Source of the DNA: Utricularia gibba
Taxonomy: Eukaryota > Plantae > Magnoliophyta
Reading direction: 5' to 3'
Assembly (NCBI GenBank): GCA_002189035.1
Contig: CM007989.1
Span: 3,162,001-3,226,000, forward strand
Length of the DNA stretch: 64,000 bases
Shown here: positions 48,704-61,622 of the stretch, piece by piece
Numbering within the stretch: the first letter of the stretch is position 1
Layout: every line of letters starts with the position of its first letter
Translations under genes and position numbers: made by a program
Notes under the pieces: model-generated
Databases searched by the model: none
What the model was told of the DNA's origin: nothing
The model's input: the letters and a program-made list of their open reading frames with translations, nothing else

Positions 48704-50635
48704 CTTCTGATGCTGTGTTAGAATGCAGCATAATTGAATGTGGCAAGATACCAGAAAAGCATAGGATGAGGAAAGCAATTGCAGAAGAATATTTTGTTTA
48801 TCAGGATTTTAGATTAGTAGGATTAAATGATAAGGATGATAAGGTGATATTGGAGAGTCAAACCACTAACAAGGAAAATGCAGAGATGAATGCCGTAGTC
48901 CCTGAGGGCCCTTCTATTAAGAGGAGGAACAAGCTTCCTGATCCAATTGGAAAGGAAAAAGGCCTTAGTCTTTGGTCTCTTATCAAGGATAACATTGGTA
49001 AGGACCTGACAATGATGTGCCTTCCCGTCTACTTTAATGAACCAATTTCGTCTTTGCAAAGGTGTTTTGAAGAGTTTGAGTATTCTCATCTTTTGGATCA
49101 AGCACGTGAGCATGGAAAGGCGGTATGATGTTTTATTTCATCTTCGATTTATTTGTTCTAGTAACTTCCAGGTTTCTCTGATTTGAATATTGAAGTATGG
49201 ATATTTCAGGGGAACAGTTTAATGCGAATATTGAAGGTAGCGGCTTTTGCTGTCTCTGGATATTCTTCAACTGAAAACCGGCATCGTAAACCTTTCAACC
49301 CTTTACTTGGTGAAACGTATGAGGCTGATTGTCCTGAAAAGGGGCTCCGCTTCCTATCTGAAAAAGTAATGGTTTACTTGCATCACTTGCAGTAATGTTA
49401 GCTTCCCTTCTTGGGACCACTCACATGGGTAAAGTTTGAAATAGGTCAGTCACCACCCTAGCATTATGGCTTGTTATTGCGAAGGTAAAGGTTGGAAATT
49501 CTGGGGTGATGCCAATATCAAGTTGAAGTATCGCGGAAGTTCAATCCATCTGGATCCTGTAGGTACCCTTAATCTAGAATTTGATGATGGTGAGATCTAC
49601 ACATGGAGCAAGGTGCATCAGAGCTTCTTTTCTAGATTGCACTTAATGGCTCTCCATCACATGTTCATTAATTTAAGTGCAGTTCTTGGTTCTTAGGTCA
49701 CAACCAAAATCTATAATCTCATTGTTGGTAATGTGCGTTGCGACCACTATGGAACGATGTGCATTCAAGGTAATGGCCAGTACTCCTGCAGACTCAAGTT
49801 CAAGGAATGGTCGATTCTTGAGCGCAGCTCGCATCAGGTACATCAAATTTCATGTTCCAATGCAAAGAACCAGATTAGGTTATATGATGATATGAGTCAA
49901 TTAAAGGCCATTACTACTCAATAGGTGAATGGATTTGTTGAGGATGTCTCAGGGAAGAAAGTGGCTCAAATATCTGGCAAATGGGATGACAGTCTGTATT
50001 GTTCTTATGAAGGAAGTTTCAATGCTAAAGATGTCGAGAGGTTTCTATTGTGGAAAAAGAATAAACCACCAGCTTTTCACAATCCGTATAACCTTACATC
50101 TTTCGCTATCACTCTTAACGAACTGACTCCTGTACTCGAGGTATAATGCAGATGCTTACCTTTCTCTCCTGTTACTGTTATTAATACCTTGTTTATTGTT
50201 ATAACTGTGTTTTGTTGTATATCATGAATGAAGGAGGTGCTACCTCCTACGGATTCGAGGCTGAGACCGGATCAACGTCATCTAGAGAATGGAGAATTCG
50301 ACAAGGCAAATGTTGAAAAACTTCGACTAGAAAAGCGCCAGAGAGTGGTATGTCAAATTCTGTGTCCAATGAAACTTTTTCAGTCGAAAGATGTATATTT
50401 GTTAACTCAGCATTTTTTACTGCATTCTCTTATCTATGTGGGCAATATCATGATTGGTATCAGTCTACGAGACTCCAGCAAACTGGCTGGAAGCCAAGAT
50501 GGTTTCACAGAGATGGAGATGGATCTTTTCGTTATATCGGGGATACTGGGAGGCACGAGACGGAGCACACTGGAGTGGATGCTTGAATATTTTTGGAGAC
50601 ATCACTCAGGACTACGTGAATTCGTCTCAATGTAG
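48704..50635 (+). CDS. ORP2: Oxysterol-binding-protein-related protein (ORP2-like), intact ORD domain; true start uncertain (first in-frame ATG 48766)
   Basis: [57 protein letters not shown], fingerprint [32 protein letters not shown]. Seven GT-AG-joined exons traced to the stop at 50635. Confidence 0.88.
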
Positions 50636-50997
50636 CTAATCCTAAAGTCAGTAAATGGTTTAATCTCTGTTGAATCATACACATGCTTATCCCCAACATG
50701 GTATAAGTGCCAGGTACATCAAAGCTTGCTAGTTCGATGCATAAAGTTCTGTGTTGTGGTGACACTGCTAATTTTATCAAAGTTTTAAGGTCATTTGAAT
50801 GACAGAAGAAGTGATATACCATTCTTATATGAAGTGCTGTTTAGGCTACTGGAAAATATCATTAGAAAAGATGGCTTCTCCTAATCACTGGCTTCCTTAC
50901 ACTCCAGTCATTGATACAAAACCAAACACGTAGCAGATACATATATTTAGCCTTGCATAAATTGGTTGCAGTTCCAGGAGTCATCAAATCTGCTCTC

Positions 50998-53837
50998 TTA
51001 TCTCTTTTGGACATAATTCCGAAGAGATGGTGACTGCGTAAGCACAGCCTGATTCCCGGTTTTCTGCTTGATTATTCGTCTTGCGACGTAGCCACGGATC
51101 CATGGAGTCACATCCTCGTTTATCTTGATCATGAGGAAGAAGATGATACGGTAGATGATGATCATGCTGAATAGAACACTCAGGTTTGTCCATTTCGATC
51201 GACGCACATCGATCTGGAAAACATACTGTAAGATGTACTCCCCTGGGATCTGAGGAAGCTCCCGTGGGCTGTTTTCGAACATCAATCCTAGCAGATCATT
51301 TTGGTATTGCCCCTGCACGTTAAAAGGGTATCCTTGTATCAGATGCTGGAGATTTTTCATGTCTTTGCTCTGTTATTGTTCAGATAATGAAGCATTCATT
51401 ACCTGGAGAGCCCAGAAGTGGAAGCTAATGTATGACATGGGGTAACGCCAGAAAGGTTTAGGGATGTCGTTCGGAAGCCGGAAGTAGCCAGAAACGAGCA
51501 TGAAGACCCCCTGTAGAGCACACAGTATTCAGACGTGAGTCATTTGATCACATGAGCTTTGAATGAATGGAGAAGGGGACCTGAATTCCGGCCCTATAAT
51601 GATTCCCATGAGGAAGTTGGGGACGATGCTAGCTATGGCCATCATGAGACTCTCGACCACTGTGACGCTAGCGTAGAGGCCGAGCACGAAGAACAAGTAG
51701 TGCGAGATGCCGGGGTGCAGGCCAACCATGAAATAGCAAATGGTGCCCGAAATGAAGGTGATTAGTATCAGAAATGGCATTGCTGATACGGTATTGCTGA
51801 TGACAAAGGCAATCACACCGTAGTGCCCATTGAGCCTTTCCCTCTGGAAAACCTGTAGATAATGAATCCATTTTCAACATCAGCAACCTGCTCTCAACTG
51901 ATGCATTAAGCTGAATGTGTACCTTCATATCTTCAACAAATGAAGGAAACCCACCAATCGACATGAAGGTTACGAAACCGAATACGAATGATGCACATGC
52001 ACCTCTGGCCTGATCAAAGACAACAGGGATTTTTGAGCTTTTGCTCTGAGAGTCTGTGAGTTAAGGGGTGTCGTGAGGTTACCAAGATAGAGCTGTAGCT
52101 GGTTCCTATGTTGAAGTAGATTGTGCCAATGCAAAAAGTGACGAGGATGTAGATGAAAAGCCGGAGCCAGTAGTATCCGAAGTCCCTCGACATGTTGATG
52201 AACGATCGTGCAGTTAGCATGACGGCTTGCATCAGGAAGCTCGCTTGACTCCCTCCAGAATCAAGCACGGTTCCTTTCTGTTGAATACATCAGGGAGGCA
52301 CATCAGATCAGAAAGAAGACACCCACAGAAAGACAAAAGGAAAACTCACAATTTTCGACATCTCCTGAATCTTTTCTCTGGCTGCATAGTGATACTGGGA
52401 AGCTCTGTAGGTGTCGATGAGTGTACGAATCGCCTCGGCTGTTGTCACTGCATCTAAAGGATCGTCGCTGGTCTCAAACTGACAGGACAACCATCAGGGG
52501 TTATGCATCATGGAGAAGCAACATGAAAATTACAGCAGTTGACAGAGTTGGAAGAAGTGTGTACCCTGATCTTCATCGACCCTTTTAGTGTTGCTTTAAC
52601 TTTATCAAAATCGGAATTGATGCATCTCAGAAAGTGGTCAGAAGGGTTCCTCAGCGCAGGACAGGGGAATCCTGCTTGTGCAAAAAACTGCAGGCACAGG
52701 CCCGATCAAAACCAAATGCACAGACAAGAGAACATTTATCAATATAAATGAAGAGAGTTTCTCGCCTCATATGCTTCGGATGCTTCGCCAAAGTAAACCG
52801 TTTTACCACCAGAGAGAAGATACAATCTATCGAACAGCTCAAACACCTCGCTGCTCGGCTGATGAATCGACGCGATAACCGTTCGTCCATCTCTGGACAA
52901 ACTACGTAATGTCTGAGTTACGAAGAAAGCCGATGCACTGCAAAAAGAAGAAGAGTTGGTTGTTCCATTACAGCAGCTGATGAAACAGGAACTACGCTAC
53001 TATTCGAAGATCATAAACCTCTGTTGCTTCTTTCTTAGATTAGCTAATCGCATGAAAACGCAGGAGATAAACAACCTGTCGAGTCCGCTCGTGGGTTCAT
53101 CGAGGAAGAGAAGCCTGGGCCGCATCAAAATTTCGAGAGCAATGCTGACCCTTCTCTTCTCCCCGCCGCTGATTCCACGCAAATGCCAATTCCCGATCAC
53201 CGTATCCGCGCAATCTTGAAGACCCATTTCTATAATCGTACTCTCAACAAGCGCCCGTTTATCCGTCGCCGCCATTCCATCCGGCAACCGCAGCCATGCC
53301 GAATAGGAAATCGTCTCCCTCACAGTCAAAGTCCCAATCAACGTATCATCTTGCGTAACATACGCCTGCAAACAAAACCCAAATTTCTCGTTTTTTGGTG
53401 GGAAACATAAAAAATGCGGAAAAAGTTAAAAAAAAACCTCCGAATAAAAAACGTTAAACTTAGAAACTATAAGCTAACCGCCGCCCCGAACGACAAATTG
53501 GCTTTCCGGCCGTTGAGAAGAACAGTCCCAGAGAGAAACGCGTTCGTGGCGAGGCGGCCGGCGAGAGCGTCGAGCAAAGTAGATTTCCCCGAGCCAGAAG
53601 GACCCATAAGCGCCGTAAAGGAACCAGGATCAGCATACCCACAAAGCTTCTCCAAAACTGTCTGCGTTTCTCGATTACTCAGAGTAACGACGACAGTGAG
53701 ATCTCTCCAGGCAAGCCTCGCAGAAACATCCCAATAAACTCAGTGTTCCTCTTCTCCTTCCAAAGCGACTCACTCAAAGGACTGAGCCCCCCAACAACCA
53801 TACCATTCCCCTGCGGCTTATTCGCCTCGATCTCCAT
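50998..53837 (-). CDS. ABCG11: ABC transporter G family member 11 (cuticular lipid exporter), multi-exon
   Basis: [29 protein letters not shown], Walker [86 protein letters not shown]. One GC-AG intron (52688-52765). Confidence 0.95.
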
Positions 53838-54060
53838 TACCACTCCATCCATACCACCGTTGATGCTACAACAAGGGATTTAAAGGGATGGAGAAACGAA
53901 GTTGGCATGAGAGGAACGTAATATTTGTGAATTTGACTGGTTACCCATCACAGACAAATTGCCGGTCGAGATGAATCAACATTGGATCGGATTGGATCAA
54001 AGGTTAAAGCCTCCCTCCCGGAGATGTGCAGTCTTTTTTTTTTTCTACAGCGCAGAGGAA

Positions 54061-54101
54061 TAAATGTAAGCAGGTGGTTGTTGGTAGCCATACTAAATGC
54101 A
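54061..54101. promoter_or_regulatory. Two L1 boxes (TAAATGTA, TAAATGCA) with intervening MYB/AC-like elements, upstream of ABCG11
   Basis: TAAATGTA at 54061-54068 and TAAATGCA at 54094-54101, about 220-265 bp upstream of the ATG. GGTGGTTG and TTGGTAG lie between them. Fits epidermal expression. Confidence 0.55.
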
Positions 54102-55286
54102 AACCGTCCCAAATTTATAACCATTCAGATCAGCAGAAACAAAGAAGAAGCTGCTGCAACCGCATAGTAGCCACAACCAGCCGCCATGCCACGCTGCCTA
54201 TACACTAAAAAGTATAAACCCCTTTCCCCATTACTCCTAAATTCTCTAGCATTTACTACACTAAAATAGTGTTTATTTCATATTATTAAAGTAGGATAAA
54301 CTTTTTATTTCGGGTTTAAATTTACTCAAAATTATACAGATTTTTTTATCTCATGTACACGTATTTATTTAAAATTATATATCATTATTTTACTAATATC
54401 AATTCTAATACTATTTTAAAAATTAATTTCTCCGTAATAAATTTATAGCCATTCAAGTTTAAATAAACCCAATATATATAGTTATAAAAATATTCATATA
54501 CCTACTTAGATACATATAAAAGTATATAAGAGAGTAATATACGGATATAATTATATTAAATTGATATAATTATACTTATATACCAAACAACATAATTTTA
54601 TTAAATTCATTATAAACTAATCTTATACTTTACTTACTAGTAATAATTACAAAAGATTGCATTTTTTTATTCTCTTTTTCCAATGATGATGTTTTTACTT
54701 TTAATATAATAAAATGTAATTTGGGTTTATACCCCTATCAAATATTAAAAAAAAATTAATTTCCTATTTCTTATTATAAAATAATTCATATTTAACAATA
54801 AAACTGATTTCCAACTTTTATCGCATTTTTTAATAAACGTTATGAGATTAATTGAGCGGTAAGTGAGTGGTTACGTGCATGGTGAAAACTAATAGTTCAT
54901 ATTCGTTAGTTGGTGCGCGGGTCATTACCATGCCGTAGTTGTCGGTTGCGGGGTACGATTCATTTCGCACCATTTTCGTCGCACGTGCTTTGGACCATCC
55001 CGTGCTTTGACTTTTATTTTTTATTTTTATTTATATAGGAAACGATGCTTACTAAACAGTTTTTAGTTTGGGTCTTAAGCTATGTGATGCTCCCCGTGAG
55101 TAAGAATGAAAGAAACGTTAAACAAATACTACACCGGTTATGAATACAAAATAGAATAAAATTCAGCATAATAATCATATAAATCTTATATGAATCCTTT
55201 TATCGAGTACGAATAAAAGTTCTTGATAGAAACTAGAAAAGTAAGCATGTTTGTGTATACAATAATTTAATTATGTATAACCCTAT

Positions 55287-55493
55287 GAGTGTGTTTGGTA
55301 AAAATGATAAAGAGGATAGTTAAATGGGAAAAGAAAAATAATATGTTTAATAGATGGGATAAATTATATTTATTATAAATTATATCATGAATATGAGATA
55401 AAATAATGGGAGGGGATGTGTTGGGATAAAATTATACTGCCATATACCAATTTTTATCCTTGTTATTAATTTATTCATGTACCAAACGCACTG
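55287..55493. mobile_element. Tourist/PIF-Harbinger-like MITE, 207 bp
   Basis: TIRs AGTGTGTTTGGTA and TACCAAACGCACT (12/13 match), AT-rich interior, 3-bp TAT on both flanks. Confidence 0.7.
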
Positions 55494-56583
55494 TATAGGA
55501 ATAAATAATAAAAATATAAAAAATATAAAATCATAAAAATTTGATGTGATTTGAATGTGACTCCTTGCAAAACTATGTCCCGTACACCTTTTATTGAGTT
55601 TAGATGCGTCTTTCTTTTTGATGCCTAGTTAATTAAAGATTTGAAGGTAATTTTCATTGATGTTAATGAACTTGAGATATCGATCTCTAAGGGATTCGGG
55701 TAGCCATCCGTGATCTTCTTCTCTATTTCGTCACGATTTTGTGTCAACATCATTATATTTAATCCAATATTTTATTGGTGAAAATAAATAAATAAACACA
55801 TAGTTGTTTAATAATGATAAGCTATTTTGAGATAGGGCTACGTGGAAGTGCGCTTTCTTGGATATCTTGACTGAAGGTGATGGTTTTTGTGAATAGACCA
55901 GACACGCCACTCCACTCAAGCAATAAAAAAGTTGGTAGTTAGCTAGCAGATTTCTTTAATTAGTAGCTAGGTAGTAGATACCACAATAAATAGTAGCTAC
56001 TAGTTTTAGAAATTGCCCATTTTGTTAGTTTTTTTTTTGAAGATTTAATGAGTGTTCTTGAAAATTTTGTTTTTATTTTTGAAAAGTAAAATTATAATTT
56101 TTTTAAAAAATAGAAACATAAATAACGTATTTTAAAAAATTATAAAAATAGAACAAGAATATTTTTTAAATATAATAATGTTCTAAAAGGAGTAAAAATA
56201 ATAATTGATAATAAAATTTATAATAAGATAACCATACATAATTAAATAATAAAACTCAATATAATTAAAACACAATCAAACTCCTAACATAAGTATGATT
56301 CTTAGGTAACAGAGATTTAAGCAAATATTTTTGAGAATCTGATGACAAAAATAAAAATAAAAATAAAAATAAAAATTCGAAATAACTGTTTTATTATTTT
56401 TAATTCTGTCTCATTTTTTTATTTTTTTGTTTAAAGATTTAATTCGCGTTTTATTATTACATATGATCATGGTATATGTACATAATTAAGATTGGAGGAA
56501 TCTAAAACGGAGTTGCGAGCATCCAGCGCTACATGGAAGGGATCAAGTTCGTGTCAACAACGCGCCACCGCCTCGGCGGCTGC

Positions 56584-57508
56584 TCAATAGTCCTCTGGAG
56601 CCAGGGGCTGGTGATGTGCGTGTGGCGTCTCCGCGGGTTGTATGATTCCGAACTCGTAAACCAGTCCTCCTATGGCCGCGCCCACGAACGGCCCCAACCA
56701 GTAGATCCAGTGGTCCCTCCACCGCCATCCCACCAGGGCCGGCCCGAAGGACCGAGCAGGATTCATCGACGCGCCGTCGAAGGGTCCGCCGGCGAGAGAA
56801 TTCGCCCCGAAGATGAAGGCTATTGCGAGGGGCGCGATGGTGCCCAAGCTCCCGCGCTTGGGGTCGATCGAGGTGGCGTACACGGTGTACATAAGTCCAA
56901 ATGTCATGATCACTTCCAGAAGAAGCGCGTTCATCACACCCTCCCCGCTCTCCACCATTAAACCCACCGGCCTCTGCACATAAATGATAAAATAAATAAT
57001 TGATCAGAATGGTTCGTCGCCATGGATGGTTATTGGGAGTGGGAGGAGCTCTAACCATGCCGCCTGTGGAGAGGCGGAGGAGTAGGGTAGCAACTACAGC
57101 GCCCAGGAGCTGAGCGACCCAATAGTAAACAGCTCGAAGCAAAGAGACTCTTCCTCCGACGAGGGCACCGAGGGTGACGGCCGGGTTGACGTGTCCGCCG
57201 GATACGTTCATGCTGGACGCCACCGCCGCGAACAGCGCTAAGGCCGAGGCCAGCGCCTGCACCACAAGACTCGACGCCCCCAGCCCCTTCTCCGTGTAAA
57301 TCCTATCTGAAGAAAAAAAAAAAAAGGAGTTCTAATGAAAACAAAAAAAAAGGAATAAAGCAGAAAATGATAACTCACCGAGAGCGAGAATGGAGCCTTC
57401 AGCGGCGAAAACGAAGATGAACGTGGAGAAGAATTCAGCGAATGTGGCCCTGACCGAATCCGGGTGCGTGGCTTCTTCACCTCTACCGAAAGAATATCTG
57501 CGAGGCAT
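56584..57508 (-). CDS. TIP3: Seed tonoplast aquaporin TIP3, 3 exons
   Basis: Exons 57508-57379, 57306-57056, 56973-56584. [56 protein letters not shown]-terminal [12 protein letters not shown]. Confidence 0.95.
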
Positions 57509-57631
57509 GTTTTCTCTTTTTATTCAATTTTCTGAGTTTTGCTCCTCCTGCTTCTTGTGTATGTATAAGAGACAGGGGAGAAGAAGAAGATATGGTTAGA
57601 AATGGGTATAGAAGACACCTGGTGACTCAGC

Positions 57632-57650
57632 TGCATGAACTACACCACGT
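57632..57650 (-). promoter_or_regulatory. ABRE (ACGTGG) plus RY (CATGCA) seed-maturation module upstream of TIP3
   Basis: Minus strand TACGTGGTGTAGTTCATGCAG, about 125-140 bp upstream of the TIP3 ATG. TIP3 genes are established ABI3 targets. Confidence 0.55.
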
Positions 57651-57919
57651 AACCTTCTGCGCTGGCAGAATGCCGCATCCATGACAACTTCAACAGCCGG
57701 CGACCCCAAATTTCCTCTGGCATACTTGATCTGTTCCTACCCATATAACGTGTTGAGTGGCAACCAAAGTTCTGTAATTCAGTGTTATGGATTCATGTTG
57801 TACCCTAAAAGTGGCATAACAGAAGACATCAACCGCAGTATATGTTACATATAAAGCCAAAAATTTTGGGAGCCTTAGAGTCGAATACATGACAGCACGG
57901 GGACTTGGTTCTACTGAAA

Positions 57920-59238
57920 TCAGTCTTCATCGTCTGAACTTCCATACGCTGCGATCAAGCTTGTGACAGGGTTATCAGGATTTGTACCAGAGCGACCATG
58001 CAGCTGCGCTTTTTCCCTCTCATGATCCCGTGTGGGGAGGTGGTCTTCGTTGCTGCACTTGGTGGATGGTTTGACAGCTTCTGAAGAACCATCGTGCTTG
58101 GGGCGTTTCGGCTTGACCTCGATAACTCTCTTCAGTAAGTCTTGCTGCCTGAGGATTTTCCCAGGTTCATGTCAGAAGTTGCAGATGCCAACAAGAGTCT
58201 TGGACCGGTTGATACCTGATTCCACTTTTTGGCTTCGGCTCAACTCGGAGAGGCAAGGGAACAGTTGAGGCGGAAGTTTCGGCGACAGCCCTGTGCTCGG
58301 TGGTCAAGGAAAGATCAATGAAGTTAAATAGGTATATACAAAGATTTTGTTTTATGTTTACCAGAAGAAAAACCCTCCAGCCACAACATATACAAGCAAA
58401 CAAAATCATCTTCTGTAGTAGAGACGAATATCTGCATGTAGCCCCAATTGCAGAAAAATAAAGGATATCTTGAAAGCTGCAAACGCCCGTTTCTCTGTAC
58501 GACGAAGAAGACGCTCTGCATCTTCCTCAGCTTCCATCTGCTCCTTCAAGTACAGCAAATCGTCGCTGTCCAAAGCTGCATATCCATAACAGCTAGTATG
58601 CATCCAATATTCCACAAAAACACAAGTTACGCATACGCGACTTAGCAGCAGAATAGAATCTATACCCCCTCGTCCATGAAGGTAACCTCCACGTTCACCT
58701 GCAACCTCGTGCATCTGTTCACATCAGTGACCCCGTTGAGAAAGCCATGATCCCTGCCGGGGCATGTTATAAGACAACTTGAAAATTTTCATGAAAAGGC
58801 GCCACATTCCAATCTTTTTTTCCATGGAGTAACAAATACATAGGAAAAGCTTGTATACTTAGTGTCGAGAAAGAAACAGACACCAACATTATAGTTCCCA
58901 AATACAATGTTGCCACTCAATAGCCCAACCATGAGGTCATAGAATCTCCCCACTCGGTAAATTTCGAAAAGGAACAGCGTCACAGAATAATTAAAAGGGA
59001 AACAAGAGGGAAGCAAGATTCGCTAACCTTGGCAACCATGCGCTGAAAAGTGATTTCTTCGTCGTCGATCCTATCCTTCCCTTTTCCCAATTTTCTCTCT
59101 GATACGAAGATGAACACATCAGCCAGGAAATCGGAGATACCCCAAAACGAGAAAAATAAAACTCCATGAATGAGAATCTCGATAAACACCTTTGGGATCA
59201 GTAAGGTTTGTATACTCTCGAACCTCTCTTCCAGCCAT
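57920..59238 (-). CDS. Conserved uncharacterised protein (At1g73350-like), multi-exon
   Basis: MAGREVREYTNLTDPK-RKLGKGKDRIDDEEITFQRMVAK-MHEVAGERGGYLHGRG-ALDSDDLLYLKEQMEAEEDAERLLRRTEKRAFAAFK...PLRVEPKPKSGIR-QQDLLKRVIEVKPKRPK...LIAAYGSSDDED*. Confidence 0.85.
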
Positions 59239-59602
59239 AGCCGACGAAAAATTTCGGGAATTTCGTCGCGGAACTGGGAATGGAAACCCTAGGTCCGCAC
59301 CAACAGGGAGGAACGATTTTTGTTTCTAGAGGGTAAAAATGCAGAAGTTGGACATCTAAAAAGGAAATCACAAATATACCCATACTCTCTAATACGGGTC
59401 GACTCAAAACCCCATTCGGACCCTGTCTACTTCACGAATGGGAATATATAGATAGATTGTTATTTTAAGTTTGCGCTGCAAAAACCCGCGGGATCTCCGG
59501 CGCTGTTTTGCTCGTCGGAGAAATACTTCAAACGCCAACGGGTTTTTCCTTACCCAAACTCATTCTTCTTTAGTCAAGTCGCCGATTCTACTAAGGAGTG
59601 AA

Positions 59603-61579
59603 ATGGATACTCCTCCTCCCGCCGAGCAGGGTGCCGCGGCCATTGAATTGGATGAGGAAGTTGAGGGGGACTTCGCTGGTTCAAGGAATTACTGCTTTTC
59701 CCCAATCGGAGTGCAAGTTCCTGTCATGATCAAAAACAAAAAACAAAAGCAAAAGGTTCTTGACCCAACTGCAGTTTTTGATCCTAAATCCGTTCCTTAT
59801 CGCCCAGTTGCTCTATCTCCGCGCTTTCGTCTCCTTTTTGTTACTCATCCCAAAGGTAACACAAAGCTATTTTTTTTTTTTTTTTTGAAATTTTCGTCTT
59901 CGTCTCATTGCAATGTAACCATTGGCGATCTTCTACTTGCAGGTTTTTGTGTCACCCGAACTTCGGACGTCATGTCTGCTGCCATAAGTAATAAAGATGG
60001 GGGAAACTGCCAGGCTATCGAAGAGTTTTGCTTGGTCAATGTTCCCATGGAACATATTTCTTTAATCTCATTGTCTTCCGATGAAGCGTTGCTTGCTGTT
60101 TGTGTCGCCAACAAAATCCATTTCTTTGCAGTCAGCGCCTTGCTTCACAAGGTACTATTCTGTATGAAAGAATTCCTGTGTAAGGGCTGGATGCAACAGG
60201 AACCTTGAGAACCTAATATTCAGGAAATTTAAATCTTTTATTTGGGTATACAGTTTTTACTCAGTTATTGATCTTACACAAACTTGATACCTGGAATGCG
60301 CTGTGGTGCAAAGTATTGGATAATTAATATGATTTTTAAGTAGCGCATGTGAATGTTGTCGATGAAAGTGGCAAGTTAGTATTATTAGAAAACAATTTTA
60401 AAGGAATGAAAGCAAGTGATGTGGAGAAAGTTGACATAACTTCTAGCTATGTATGAGAAGCATTTCGTCTGCCTTGCACATGGTCATTGGGAGAAAACCA
60501 GCGATTTAGATCTACATGTGACAACTTATTTATCTTGGTTTCTCATTTTACTTACTTTTTTGCATTTTCCTTTATCAGGACCAGAAGCCTTCCTTTTCTG
60601 TTTCTCTTGATGGTTCAGATTCCATTAAGGATATGATCTGGGCGAAAAAAGTGGCAAAAGCTTATGCTATTCTTTCAGCCGAAGGAAAGTTATACTACGG
60701 CTCTTGCCAAGGCCCAACATCTTTGGTGATGAATGATGTTGATTGTGGTATGTCTTATGCCTTATGGTCATCATACTAATCAGTTCCAAAGCTCTTGAAT
60801 CTTGTCAAATCCGGATTAGTATTTAAGTTCGTTTTTCAAGTCAGTGTTTTTTCATCATATAAGCATTCTATTTTAGTCTGCATTTGAGAATTTCATGATG
60901 CTTCGTTCTTTTTCTTAGAGAAGATCATGATGCTTTGTTGATTTCAACACTTCTTTCGTACCTTGTACATTTATGTTCTCAATACTTTATTTTTTTCTTG
61001 ATTTCTTTGCGTAGTTGATTGGAGCTCTCAAGGAAACTATATTGTTGTGGCAAAGAAGAATATTGTGATTGTCCTTTCCCATCGTTTTAAGGAGAAATTT
61101 CGATTTTTTCTTCCTTTCAAGTCAGTAGTTGATGATTCTGATGTTACCCCAGTGATAAAAGGTATGCCATGTCTCCCTTTCGAGCACCATTATGCAGGTC
61201 TTTTCTGTTTTTTTTTTTTTGAATAGTTGATTCTATTTTCATTTCATTCTTGAAAAATCTTCAGAACTGGCTTAGTAGCACTGCCACTTGTTAATGCTAG
61301 GCTTTTGAAAGATATGCGCACTAGTTTAATGTGAATGCATGTGTGCTTTTGTTATGGTTAATGCCTTTTAAAGTTCTTTCCTATTTATTCCTATTTCGTG
61401 GTTTCAGTTGACTCTATCAGATGGATCCGTCCAGACTGTATAGCAATTGGATGTGCGAGCTTCAGTGATGGGGAGGAGGGAAATTACATTGTCCAATTTA
61501 TCACAAGCAGGGGTGCTAGTATAAAAGAAACTGATGTAATCTTTAGCTTTTGCATTACTATGATTTGGAAGTGTATATA

Positions 61580-61622
<43 letters not shown>

